A program made the position numbers and the translations under genes. From the NCBI GenBank assembly GCA_964480955.1, contig CAYZRW010000005.1, forward strand, positions 26,279 through 90,278: a DNA stretch of 64,000 nt, in the 5' to 3' direction. Each line of letters opens with the position of its first letter. Positions within the stretch are counted from its first letter, which is position 1. Under the pieces are notes generated by a model, which was not told the origin of the DNA, did not search any database, and was given only the letters and a program-made list of their open reading frames with translations. This DNA comes from an uncultured Candidatus Bathyarchaeia archaeon (GTDB lineage Archaea; Thermoproteota; Bathyarchaeia; 40CM-2-53-6; RBG-13-38-9). Shown here piece by piece: positions 48,823 through 57,779 of the stretch.

Positions 48823-49653
48823 ATGTTTCGTAAAGTCAGTATTGCCTATCTTGGGCCCAGAGGAACCTTCACGGAACAGGCAGCGAGATCATATTTCCAA
48901 GGCACCGACGAATTTCTTGAGTATCCAGATATACCTGAGGTATTCGCCGCAGTCAACTCTAATGTTGCAGAGTTAGGAGTTGTTCCGGTTGAGAATTCCA
49001 TTGAGGGATCCGTGAACATAGCTCTTGATCTGCTCTTCGAGTCTGACTTAAAGGTTTCAGGCGAGATTGAGCAAAGGATAGTGCACAGTCTCATAACTCA
49101 AGATGAAATCGAGATCTCTAGGATAAGAGCTGTAGTTTCACATCCGCAGGCTTTAGCTCAGTGCAGGAAATTCTTGAAGACCAGACTTCCAAAAGCTGAA
49201 ACTATCGAGGTTGGCAGCACAGCCGCGGCTGTGAAAGCGATTAAAGGAACTGAAGACATGGCCGCCATTGGAAGCGAACTCGCCGCCAAGATCTACGGGA
49301 TGAGTATAGTCATGAGAAGCATAGAGGACAACAAGAACAACTTCACCCGTTTTCTCATTCTCAGTCACAAGAGGGCAGAACGAACTGGAAATGACAAAAC
49401 CTCAATCATATTCTCCGTGAGACATGCCCCAGGTGCGCTTTATGAGGCTCTTGGAGTATTCGCCAAAAGGAAGATCAACTTGACAAAGATCGAATCGAGA
49501 CCGACCCGCAAGAAGCCTTGGGAATATGTCTTCTACTGCGACTTCGAAGGCCATCAGGAAGAAGAGCTGATTCAGGATGCATTGGGCGAGCTTAGGGATA
49601 AAGCCATCTTACTCAAAGTATTGGGTTCATATCCTAAGGCCAAAGTCAGCTGA
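48823..49653 (+). CDS. pheA: Prephenate dehydratase with ACT domain
   Basis: LGPRGTF, PVENSIEG, SHPQALAQC, NFTRF, NLTKIESRP, LGSYP. Confidence 0.96.
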   Translation: MFRKVSIAYLGPRGTFTEQAARSYFQGTDEFLEYPDIPEVFAAVNSNVAELGVVPVENSIEGSVNIALDLLFESDLKVSGEIEQRIVHSLITQDEIEISRIRAVVSHPQALAQCRKFLKTRLPKAETIEVGSTAAAVKAIKGTEDMAAIGSELAAKIYGMSIVMRSIEDNKNNFTRFLILSHKRAERTGNDKTSIIFSVRHAPGALYEALGVFAKRKINLTKIESRPTRKKPWEYVFYCDFEGHQEEELIQDALGELRDKAILLKVLGSYPKAKVS

Positions 49654-49884
49654 GACATCACGGACTGGAAGAATCTCCTGGTCGAAGAAGGGAGTATTGG
49701 CTAGCTTAGCCGTTCAGGGATTTAGATGTAACCGGATTAGCCTCAGTAAGGGGCAGGAGGCTGAACTGGTAATCTATAGTTCCAACTATCGCGGTCACGT
49801 TCCTCTCGCGATAGCATGGGAAGAAAACTGAATCTTGGCGTGACGGCTCTTATTGGGTGCTAGGATTTCCCGCAGGTATCCACA

Positions 49885-50319
49885 CTACCGTCTCGGGATG
49901 GCCTTTTGGATCGCGCGTTGCAGTTTCCCCGGTTCTTTCGAGTACAATCTCATGAACTCCCCTCTTCTGGGGTGAAGTACCGAGACATACATTCTCTTCT
50001 CATTTGTCTTCGTCCTGTATCTTGGCTTCAAAGCAATCAACCTTTTTCCATCTGAATCAACGCCGTTGGCCATGATTCTGTAACGAGTAGGTATGATTAG
50101 AAGCGGAGCCGGGAGTATCAGAATGGAAAGGAACAGAAATGCGACTATTGAGACCAGCAGGCTTGGAATCTGGAAGAGTGCGACTTGAACGAAGAATATG
50201 CCATAGAGAATTGCGACGTCAAGAAGGAAGATGAGTATCGCTCTGAAGATTCGCATGTTCCGGTCGGCCAGCTTGAGATCCGTAGAGTCGCTTTGATACA
50301 AGACTTCACTGTCAGCCAT
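49885..50319 (-). CDS. Hypothetical membrane protein (two TM helices)
   Basis: Hydrophobic pair of helices then basic soluble tail; ATG at 50319 preferred. Confidence 0.6.
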   Translation of the reverse strand: MADSEVLYQSDSTDLKLADRNMRIFRAILIFLLDVAILYGIFFVQVALFQIPSLLVSIVAFLFLSILILPAPLLIIPTRYRIMANGVDSDGKRLIALKPRYRTKTNEKRMYVSVLHPRRGEFMRLYSKEPGKLQRAIQKAIPRR

Positions 50320-50609
50320 TGTCTTCACTGAAACCATCCATAGGTGGCGATTGCGAGTAGAAAAACCTTCCTGAGTTTCAAACATTGTCTCAATACATTC
50401 TCGAATGGCTACCATATCCTAGTGAGGACATCTGGACAATGACTCACCTACCTCTAGGTTTGAGCGCTGAACAAGCTGGCAAAACCTAAATAAGATACGG
50501 AAGTCTTATGGGGGAAACTCAGAGCGGTAGTGACAGAATGACGAAGTCTCACATTGGACTTCATGTAGTTCATTATGACCCATAGGACTCTTTCAATTAG
50601 GTGAATGAT

Positions 50610-51059
50610 TTGGCTAGGCTATTCACGCACAAACGTGGAAGATCAGGCTCAACCAGGCCTATCAGTAAGAAGCCTCCAGGATGGTGCAATTACCGACCCG
50701 AAGAGGTAGAAGCTCTCATCATGAAACTCTCGAAACAGGGAAATACTCCAAGCGCAATAGGCGTTATCCTGCGAGACAAATATGGTATCCCACTTGTGAA
50801 ATCGATAACTGGCAAGAAGATGGGAGAGATGCTTTCGCAGTCACAACTCGCCTCGAATATTCCTGAAGACCTTCAAGTCCTTCTTGAAAAAGCTCAGGGC
50901 CTGGCCAAACATCTTCAAAGAAATAGGCAGGACTCTGTTAACAAGCGCTCTCTAACCCTCGTTGAATCGAAAATACATAGACTTGTAAAATTCTACAAGT
51001 CGGAAGGAGTCTTACCTCCAGATTGGAAATATACACCTGTAGCGGCATCCGTTGAATAG
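50610..51059 (+). CDS. rps15: 30S ribosomal protein uS15
   Basis: RGRSGSTRP, IGVILRDKYGIP, IPEDL, ESKIHRLVKFYK, LPPDWKY; TTG at 50610 after AGGTGA RBS. Confidence 0.97.
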   Translation: MARLFTHKRGRSGSTRPISKKPPGWCNYRPEEVEALIMKLSKQGNTPSAIGVILRDKYGIPLVKSITGKKMGEMLSQSQLASNIPEDLQVLLEKAQGLAKHLQRNRQDSVNKRSLTLVESKIHRLVKFYKSEGVLPPDWKYTPVAASVE

Positions 51060-51117
51060 AAAGCTTGGTTTTTGTGGGGTCCGTTCTTCTTAGCGACCTA
51101 GCCATCTGATCTTGTAG

Positions 51118-51201
51118 ATCCTAACGCCTTACCTAGCATTAGCCGGAGTCATCGTCGCACTATCAGCAGTCGTAGTGGTTAAGAAGAGAAGTAAAGCCTA
51201 A
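51118..51201 (+). pseudogene. Orphan C-terminal membrane anchor of a surface protein
   Basis: ILTPYLALAGVIVALSAVVVVKKRSKA*, directly preceded by in-frame TAG and followed by a pyrimidine run. Confidence 0.6.
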
Positions 51202-51543
51202 ACAAAATTCCTCTCCTCTTTTTCCGAAACAATCTACGCGCGCGGGTATATTCAATGAGTCTCCATTAGAAGGGAGGGGTTGTTAGGGGGCGCTTCCTCC
51301 AAAGACAGGATGGATTCTTTGTGTGTGTGCTCACCAAGGGATACACACACTTTTATAATGCCTCAGTCACCTTGAATTACTTACGCTATTCTAGTTAGGT
51401 TTGCGTTTTCGTCTGACTGTAAAGATAGTGGATGCGACCCCATCTCAACCTATCTGGCAAGGATTGGGAGAGGAATAGTGGCAATATGGTTTATATTCAA
51501 GCACGCAAGAAATGTCGGATGCGTCAAGCACAGGTTAGCGAAT

Positions 51544-51864
51544 ATGCAACTAGAAAAGACCGGGACAGTCAAAACTATCTCCCAAAAAGGCGAACTCAAA
51601 GTTTTGGTAGTTATCGAGCTTCATCAGGAGAATCCCGACCAACCACCAAGACAGATAATCTCTCCGATAAATCAGCCACTGGAAAGACAGATCTCAGAGT
51701 CGATACATATGGCCGTTTCAGCCATTCCCGTTAGTCTTCAACAGATAGGAAGATCTTCCAATGAGGTAAACTGGGTCGTATCCAGAGAAGAATACGCCCG
51801 TAGCAGTATATGCGTCGGCGACAACGTGACTCTAACTCTTTTATGTATTCAAAAAGCAGGGTAA
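51544..51864 (+). CDS. Hypothetical protein, arcadin-1-like by eye
   Basis: G-x-V...VVIEL...long helix...VSREEYARSSICVGDNVTLTL resembles the arcadin-1 C-terminal pattern. Confidence 0.45.
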   Translation: MQLEKTGTVKTISQKGELKVLVVIELHQENPDQPPRQIISPINQPLERQISESIHMAVSAIPVSLQQIGRSSNEVNWVVSREEYARSSICVGDNVTLTLLCIQKAG

Positions 51865-52022
51865 AGTACCGCTAGCAAGTTCGTATTAAATACCGTCCTT
51901 TTCTGTCAACATCTTCAGAAGCGAAAGGCGCTTGGTCGGTTGAGGACTGTTCGAACAAGCTGAATGAATCGACTTATCTCTATATAGGATGGTGCACATG
52001 TACCTTCGATCTAACTCCTCAG

Positions 52023-53174
52023 TCATGCGTACTGATATATGAGCCTTTGATAGAACCCGATTAGCCGTCCGATCTTTTCTTCGATCATCAGCCTCTGCGA
52101 AATTCTTTCAATATTTGACTGAAGTTCTGAAGGATCAAGCTTGGCCAGCTTCTTCGCCAAGTCATCGACGTTCTCTCCTACAAGGCCGACACCGTTCCTT
52201 TCTATGAAGCGTCTTACCGCTTTGTGTGGAAAGGCTAGAACCGGGAGGCCGCATACAACGTATTCAAACACTTTGTTTGGAATGGCGATTTCGAGATGCT
52301 TCCTGTTCCTTGCTCTGTTGAGACCAGTCCAACCGTAGTCATATCGCGTCAACTGTTTCAGAAGCCTTCTCCTATCCGTATGCCTGTGATAGTGTACGAA
52401 TTCGTTCTTCGTGCCAAGCTCCTTGTAGGCTCTGTTGCTACGGGTGATCAGGTTCGAAGTAGGATGGATGTGAATGTGCAGTTTGTGGTCGGCTAGCTCT
52501 TTGAAGATGCCCAGAAGATAGTAGTGGCTCTGTCTGAGAAGCGACGTAACACAGCCGATATACACTATGTGGATCTGGCCATCCTTATCGGACAGTTTCT
52601 TCTCGGAGAATTTAGGCAAATACATTCGCGACACATAATTTAGGAAGACCAGATTGTTGTTCACGTTCACTTTGTACCGACGCTGAATATACTTCCACAT
52701 CTCACCGGTGGCGTATATGCGACCGTCACTTTGCTCGTTCGCCGTTTTCTCCTGGAGGGCGTAACGTGACAGAGATTCCTGATTATCGCGACTGAAAAAA
52801 CCAGAGTGATGAATTGAGAGTATCTCATGGGTGTCATGTATCACAGGAGTTCTCGGGGACACTTTACTGGCTGCGATTGTCAAATAGTCCGGTGCGTTAT
52901 GGCTATGAATGATATCCGGCTTAGTATCGTTGACTGCGTTTGAAACAAAGGAGCCTAGGCTCTCTCCCCTCCATTTTATCACCTTATCGAAGTACTCGTC
53001 ACCGTAACCGTAGAGCGTCTTCAGCTCTCGACCCATGTGAGCTAGCGAAATCGAGATCTTACTGCCCAAAACATGTTTCATGGCCTCTGCGTACTTCAGG
53101 CTGCGGATGCAGGGCTGAGGCTGGAGAAACAGCAATCTGAACCCACTATTATCACTACTCTCTCGGCAATTCAA
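52023..53174 (-). CDS. Glycosyltransferase (GT-B fold, GT4-like)
   Basis: PDIIHSHN, IHDTHE, IVYIG, PNKVFEYVVCGLPVL. Confidence 0.82.
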   Translation of the reverse strand: MNCRESSDNSGFRLLFLQPQPCIRSLKYAEAMKHVLGSKISISLAHMGRELKTLYGYGDEYFDKVIKWRGESLGSFVSNAVNDTKPDIIHSHNAPDYLTIAASKVSPRTPVIHDTHEILSIHHSGFFSRDNQESLSRYALQEKTANEQSDGRIYATGEMWKYIQRRYKVNVNNNLVFLNYVSRMYLPKFSEKKLSDKDGQIHIVYIGCVTSLLRQSHYYLLGIFKELADHKLHIHIHPTSNLITRSNRAYKELGTKNEFVHYHRHTDRRRLLKQLTRYDYGWTGLNRARNRKHLEIAIPNKVFEYVVCGLPVLAFPHKAVRRFIERNGVGLVGENVDDLAKKLAKLDPSELQSNIERISQRLMIEEKIGRLIGFYQRLIYQYA

Positions 53175-53377
53175 GATCTCTTCCTCAAGAGAAGGCGATT
53201 TAGCGCGCGCGATTTACGTACAGGCCTTTCTGAATACGGCTTCTGCTTCATGCGATGTGATCGCGGGCTGCAACGCTGAGTCGTTGCAAGTTTTCTTCCA
53301 TAGACGTTTTCTGTGCAAGAACAAATAAGCAGAATCCTATTTAACCTTGAGGCCCTTTCGACCATGCGAGGAAGCGC

Positions 53378-54478
53378 ATGTTGCGTGTACTATTTCTCCG
53401 CCCACAACCCGCGATCAGGAGCCTCAAATATGCCTTAGCCTTCAAGGATGTAAAAGCCGAGGTCGAACTGTATCACGGGTACACAGCCAAGACGATCTCG
53501 GGGCTGTATGGCTATGGAGATGAATGCTTCAGGAAGTCTGTGCGACTGGACTCGAGAAGGCTTGGAGAAGAACTGAAGCGGTTGATCAAGGATTTCTCGA
53601 TCGAGCTGATTCACAGTCAGAACGCTCCAGACACTCTTACAAGGATCGCGGTGGAAGCTACGGATGAAGTTCCAATCATTCATGAGAACCAGGATACTAT
53701 CTCTCTGCGCCAAACACCGTATACGCCAGAAACCAATTTTGAGGAACAGCTGGTCGATGAGAGAATTGCAAACCAGATGTGCGATGCCAGAATCCACGTA
53801 AGTCAAGGTATGTTGGACTACATACGGAGCAGGTACGGCGCAAAGAGAGAGATCGTGTTCCACAACTACGTTTCCAGATCTCTGATGCCACATTCTTTCA
53901 AGAGAAAGCTGTCGGAGAGTAACGGAAATGTCCATCTAGTGTACGAGGGAACATTGTCAAGCCTTCTTGGAGATCACTACGATCTTAAGGATATCTTCAA
54001 GGATCTTGCACGCCATGGCTATCACATTCACATCTACGATTCACACAGCAATCAAGACTACGCTAGATTAGCCGAGATCTATGATTTAATCCACTATCAC
54101 GGGCACAAGGACCCGAGGGAACTTCCCTATGAGATAACCCAATACGACTACGGTTGGGCTGGCTTCAATGTTACAAAGAACAGAGAACACATGGACGTGG
54201 CGTTACCCAACAAACTGTTTGAGTACCTGGCTTCAGGGCTTCCAGTGCTTTCATTTCCACACAAAGCACAGAAAGAATTCATTGAAGCGAACGAAGTAGG
54301 CCTCGTGTCAAAAGACCTTAACGAACTTGATGATAACATCAAGCAGCAAGCCAAGATAGAGCAGCTTAAGTGCAATGTATTGCAGAAAAGATTCGAATTC
54401 ACGATGGAGGCCAACATTGGGAGAGTTCTCAATCTCTACGCTGATCTACTTGAGCTTGGAAAAACTTGCCACAGATGA
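53378..54478 (+). CDS. Glycosyltransferase (GT-B fold, GT4-like), paralogue of the divergent neighbour
   Basis: LIHSQN, LVYEG, PNKLFEYLASGLPVL. Confidence 0.82.
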   Translation: MLRVLFLRPQPAIRSLKYALAFKDVKAEVELYHGYTAKTISGLYGYGDECFRKSVRLDSRRLGEELKRLIKDFSIELIHSQNAPDTLTRIAVEATDEVPIIHENQDTISLRQTPYTPETNFEEQLVDERIANQMCDARIHVSQGMLDYIRSRYGAKREIVFHNYVSRSLMPHSFKRKLSESNGNVHLVYEGTLSSLLGDHYDLKDIFKDLARHGYHIHIYDSHSNQDYARLAEIYDLIHYHGHKDPRELPYEITQYDYGWAGFNVTKNREHMDVALPNKLFEYLASGLPVLSFPHKAQKEFIEANEVGLVSKDLNELDDNIKQQAKIEQLKCNVLQKRFEFTMEANIGRVLNLYADLLELGKTCHR

Positions 54479-54871
54479 GATTCACTTCAACCCTTTGGTA
54501 CCCAAGAAAAGCGATGTACGACGAATAGTTGCGAAGCATCTTGTTGTAGCTTTGGTCGTCTATGGTGGACTACGCACCGAGGATAGCGGGCGCATTTATG
54601 AGCAATGTAGTGCAGTATAGGCATAGGTCTTTGTATGATCGTGAACGAATGGTATGCGTACACGTTATTCATGCTCAGCTACGGCTTCGGCAGGCATAAC
54701 TCCACCATCCCTACTCTTCAAAGAGAACGGTGTATCAGTGACGACTACCGTAGATGTAACCGTTGGCAGCACTTTCACCATGAGTTTGACGAGACACTCT
54801 TCTACTTCTGACAATTCCAACATCCAGACCCGGGGGTGGCCAAATCCCAACTTGATTATTGATCAGATAAG

Positions 54872-55090
54872 TCAAGAAGCCAAGACTTCTATGCAATGCT
54901 TGGCGTATCTAATGGCATCTTGAGCTTCATCGCTATTGAACAGCATGGCTGAGATAAGGATATCGTGAAGGAACTGATTCCTAATCTCCTTAACCTTACG
55001 CATCATTTTGTAAGTTTCGTCATCAATCAACTCGAGCTCTCTTAACATGTCTTGCAATCTGGAGGCAGGCAAGTCATAGATCCGCTTGAG
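54872..55090 (-). pseudogene. Truncated HEPN-like domain fragment
   Basis: LKRIYDLPASRLQDMLRELELIDDETYKMMRKVKEIRNQFLH: R-x4-H motif; upstream in-frame TAG removes the N-terminus. Confidence 0.5.
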
Positions 55091-55319
55091 CTAACATTCT
55101 CTTATCGGAGACGCTGGTGAACGTCTTGTAAGCTTTCCGCAGTGAATACAAAATTTCGTATTAAGCCAAGGGAAAAGCTCTCTTACACACCTGGAGCATA
55201 AAGGCATGGTGGAAACCTAGCATATTCAGTTAAACTATTTGTTTGAAATAGGTCTTTCGAGATCGTGACTACGCTATGAAGCAGCTGCGCGAGGAATAGG
55301 AGATAGAAGGGTGGAAGAC

Positions 55320-55757
55320 TTAGCTGAGTTGTTCCAGTTGACTTAGATCCTGAGTCCACTGATACTGATATCTCTTACTCCATTTTTCATATATTGACTT
55401 CCAATGATCCTTCAAATCCTGGAATGTGCAGTTGTTGACCTTGCAAAAGTGTGTGGTTATGGGCTTTAGGTTGATCTTCCCTTCAGCCGCCAGGGTCTGG
55501 ATGAGGCCGAAGTGCTTTATGGAGTGGCATGCTGTGCAGAGAAGCTGGAACCCTACAAGCCGCTGAACATGCCTCTCATCATTATACTCCCAAATCTCAT
55601 GAAGATGGACAAGCCCTTCCTGTCCGCAGACCTCACATCTCTCACCTTTCTCCTGGATCCTTCGAACTCTCAGCCTCTCCCACTCATCTCTTGGCAACAT
55701 CTTCGCTAAAGACTTCCCCCACAGAGGTTTAGGAACCAGTTCGATCTCCAGCTTCAA
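55320..55757 (-). CDS. HNH endonuclease-like protein
   Basis: IELVP, W..LR, CEVCG...HEIWEY...LCTACHSIKH. Confidence 0.75.
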   Translation of the reverse strand: MKLEIELVPKPLWGKSLAKMLPRDEWERLRVRRIQEKGERCEVCGQEGLVHLHEIWEYNDERHVQRLVGFQLLCTACHSIKHFGLIQTLAAEGKINLKPITTHFCKVNNCTFQDLKDHWKSIYEKWSKRYQYQWTQDLSQLEQLS

Positions 55758-55800
55758 TAAACTACACCCGTGAGGCTTCGGAGAGGCTTCGGAGACCTTA

Positions 55801-55926
55801 AAGGTTGACGCTAAAAATCCAGTTCCAGATCGCGGAGTCAGAGCAGCAGATTTGGTTGACGAGAAAACGCGTTACGACGTTAAGAAGTATGTTGAGTTGC
55901 TGCAAAAACACTCAGGCCTCCTCTAA
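55801..55926 (+). pseudogene. Possible relic of a family B DNA polymerase C-terminus
   Basis: KVDAKNPVPDRGVRAADLVDEKTRYDVKKYVELL*, no start codon; YD-x3-Y-x-E-LL pattern recognised by eye. Confidence 0.35.
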
Positions 55927-56177
55927 TTGTGTGCCACAATAGTCACAGATAGAAGCGGATTCATCTTGAGTTATTCGGCCACATCTTGGACAGTATAACA
56001 ATCTTCTGGAAATCATCATGATCATCTATCGACATGAAATCCTTAAGTTATTACATTCGTTGAGAGAGTTAGGGAACTATTACTAGAAAATACCTAGTGA
56101 ACAAAGAAGGTACCTTCAAAAGCGTTTAAGTATAGATGACATACACCTTCCATCAAAACTTCATTGGAGGAGATGCA

Positions 56178-56462
56178 ATGTCAAAGGAACCGAATACAGT
56201 ATTCATAGGGCGAAAGCCGATCATGAACTACGTATTGGCTGTGATAATCCTCTTCGGCAGGGGAGAGACAAAAGAAGTCACCCTTAAGGCTAGAGGGCAA
56301 GCCATAACAACCGCTGTAGATGTTGCAGAGATAACTAGGCGGAGATTTATGAAGAACCTGAAAGTCGATCGGGTAAACCTCGGGACAGAAGACATACCAA
56401 TGCAAGAAGGTGGGACGAGGTCAGTCTCGACGATCGAGATAACCCTCTCAAAATCCCTTTGA
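56178..56462 (+). CDS. albA: DNA/RNA-binding protein Alba
   Basis: VFIGRKPIMNYVLAV, LKARGQAITTAVDVAEI, GTE, VSTIEITL; GGAGG RBS and TTTAAG box upstream. Confidence 0.95.
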   Translation: MSKEPNTVFIGRKPIMNYVLAVIILFGRGETKEVTLKARGQAITTAVDVAEITRRRFMKNLKVDRVNLGTEDIPMQEGGTRSVSTIEITLSKSL

Positions 56463-56601
56463 AAAGCCTCTTCTAAGGTCTCGAGAATCTGAGCGCGCGC
56501 GCTATCCACCATTCTTCATGCTTCCAATGCTTCAAGGCGTTATCATCCTCCATTTACCAGTTTTCGCAGAAGCTCTTGGAATGTTAGCGCATATTATTCG
56601 A

Positions 56602-57717
56602 CTAGCTTTCCTCTTTGAGTTTACGTTCAAGCCCTTCAAGTCTTCTGGTGGCTTCCTCAAACTTCTGCGCTAATTGTTTGATCTGTTCGTCACGTCTCTT
56701 CATCTCTTCGCTTAGAGAGCTCCTCTCTGTGCCAGAAACGATGTTGAGGTATTTCTCGGCGATTCGATACTGTTCTAGGACGTACTCCTTGTCCATATGG
56801 AACTTATCATAATGGTTTGGATCCGTGACGTGTCCCATCCAGAACTCGACAGCCTGAAGGTCAAGCCCATCCTTCTTTCTCTGCAGGTGTAGTAGAGTTC
56901 TAGCTACGTCGCAGAACTCGTGGGGGTTGTAGCCGTATCTATTGGCTGACTGCCCACCCATCTTGATGTATTTAAGCTTCTGGAGGAGCCTCTGATGTCT
57001 ATAGAAGGCTGCGCGTTTGGCTATGGCTTTGCAGTTGCGGTCGGGCAGGATCGCCTCTCCATCTTTAGGGTAGCCCCGGACCCTCTCAAAATATTCGCGC
57101 CAAGCAACCAAAGCGTCTCGACCGATAAACGTATAGAATCTGGTCTTGTTCTTGGATTGTTTGCGTCCATGATACTCAATCATGAAGGGTTCATCGACAC
57201 CTTTGGTCTTCAGGTGTTCTGTGGGGGCAACCCCACATTTACGGTTGAAGAGACTGAACCTTTCAAGGTCAAGAATCCCCATGAACAAGGTCAAGTAGAA
57301 AGGCTTCATGCTGAAGTCTGAGACAGAGACTAGGCTCTTGATAACCTTGAGGGAGAGCCTGCCCTGAGTAGGCTCCCTAGTCGGCTTAAGATTGAAGTCA
57401 TCCTCAGGCAAAGCAGCACGATTACGCCTGAAGAAGCTCCTAACCGCATCCCACCTAGACATCAACCCACGATAAGTCCCACCGCAACTTTGAATATGCT
57501 CCTCCAGCAAATCCAACAAAACATACTTCCTCCCCTCCCGTTCAGCCCTAAGCTGAAACTCAATCAACCCACTCGGAGTAATCCCCTCAAACCCCGGCTT
57601 AGAATGCAGAAAATCCAGAAAGTACTTCAACGCATACTTTTTAAAATGGGTAGACTCATAAGCCGATAACCACTTCACAACAGCCGGATCCCCTGCCATG
57701 TCAACCGTCACGATCAT
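56602..57717 (-). CDS. Tyrosine recombinase/integrase-like protein with degenerate catalytic arginines
   Basis: AVRSFF core-binding motif, YTFIG, PHEFCD (HxxR to HxxC), EFWMGH, Y in NHYDK, C-terminal coiled coil. Confidence 0.75.
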   Translation of the reverse strand: MIVTVDMAGDPAVVKWLSAYESTHFKKYALKYFLDFLHSKPGFEGITPSGLIEFQLRAEREGRKYVLLDLLEEHIQSCGGTYRGLMSRWDAVRSFFRRNRAALPEDDFNLKPTREPTQGRLSLKVIKSLVSVSDFSMKPFYLTLFMGILDLERFSLFNRKCGVAPTEHLKTKGVDEPFMIEYHGRKQSKNKTRFYTFIGRDALVAWREYFERVRGYPKDGEAILPDRNCKAIAKRAAFYRHQRLLQKLKYIKMGGQSANRYGYNPHEFCDVARTLLHLQRKKDGLDLQAVEFWMGHVTDPNHYDKFHMDKEYVLEQYRIAEKYLNIVSGTERSSLSEEMKRRDEQIKQLAQKFEEATRRLEGLERKLKEES

Positions 57718-57779
57718 TCCTCACAATCCACATTGCGCATACTACAGATACAACATTAACGAGAGGTCTGTTAACTGGA

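Larger units (their letters stand above)
51060..57779. mobile_element. Decayed accessory island between rps15 and the DHH gene
   Basis: Interrupts the usual rps15-DHH-pcc1-serS-rps3ae block; contains a tyrosine-recombinase-like gene at its right edge, HNH-like gene, gene fragments, low coding density; no att repeat seen. Confidence 0.6.

Noticed and set aside
51321..51358. GTGTGTGT/ACACACAC inverted repeat beside TTTTATAA as a transposon end
   Set aside because: Low-complexity, single occurrence, no transposase or partner end.
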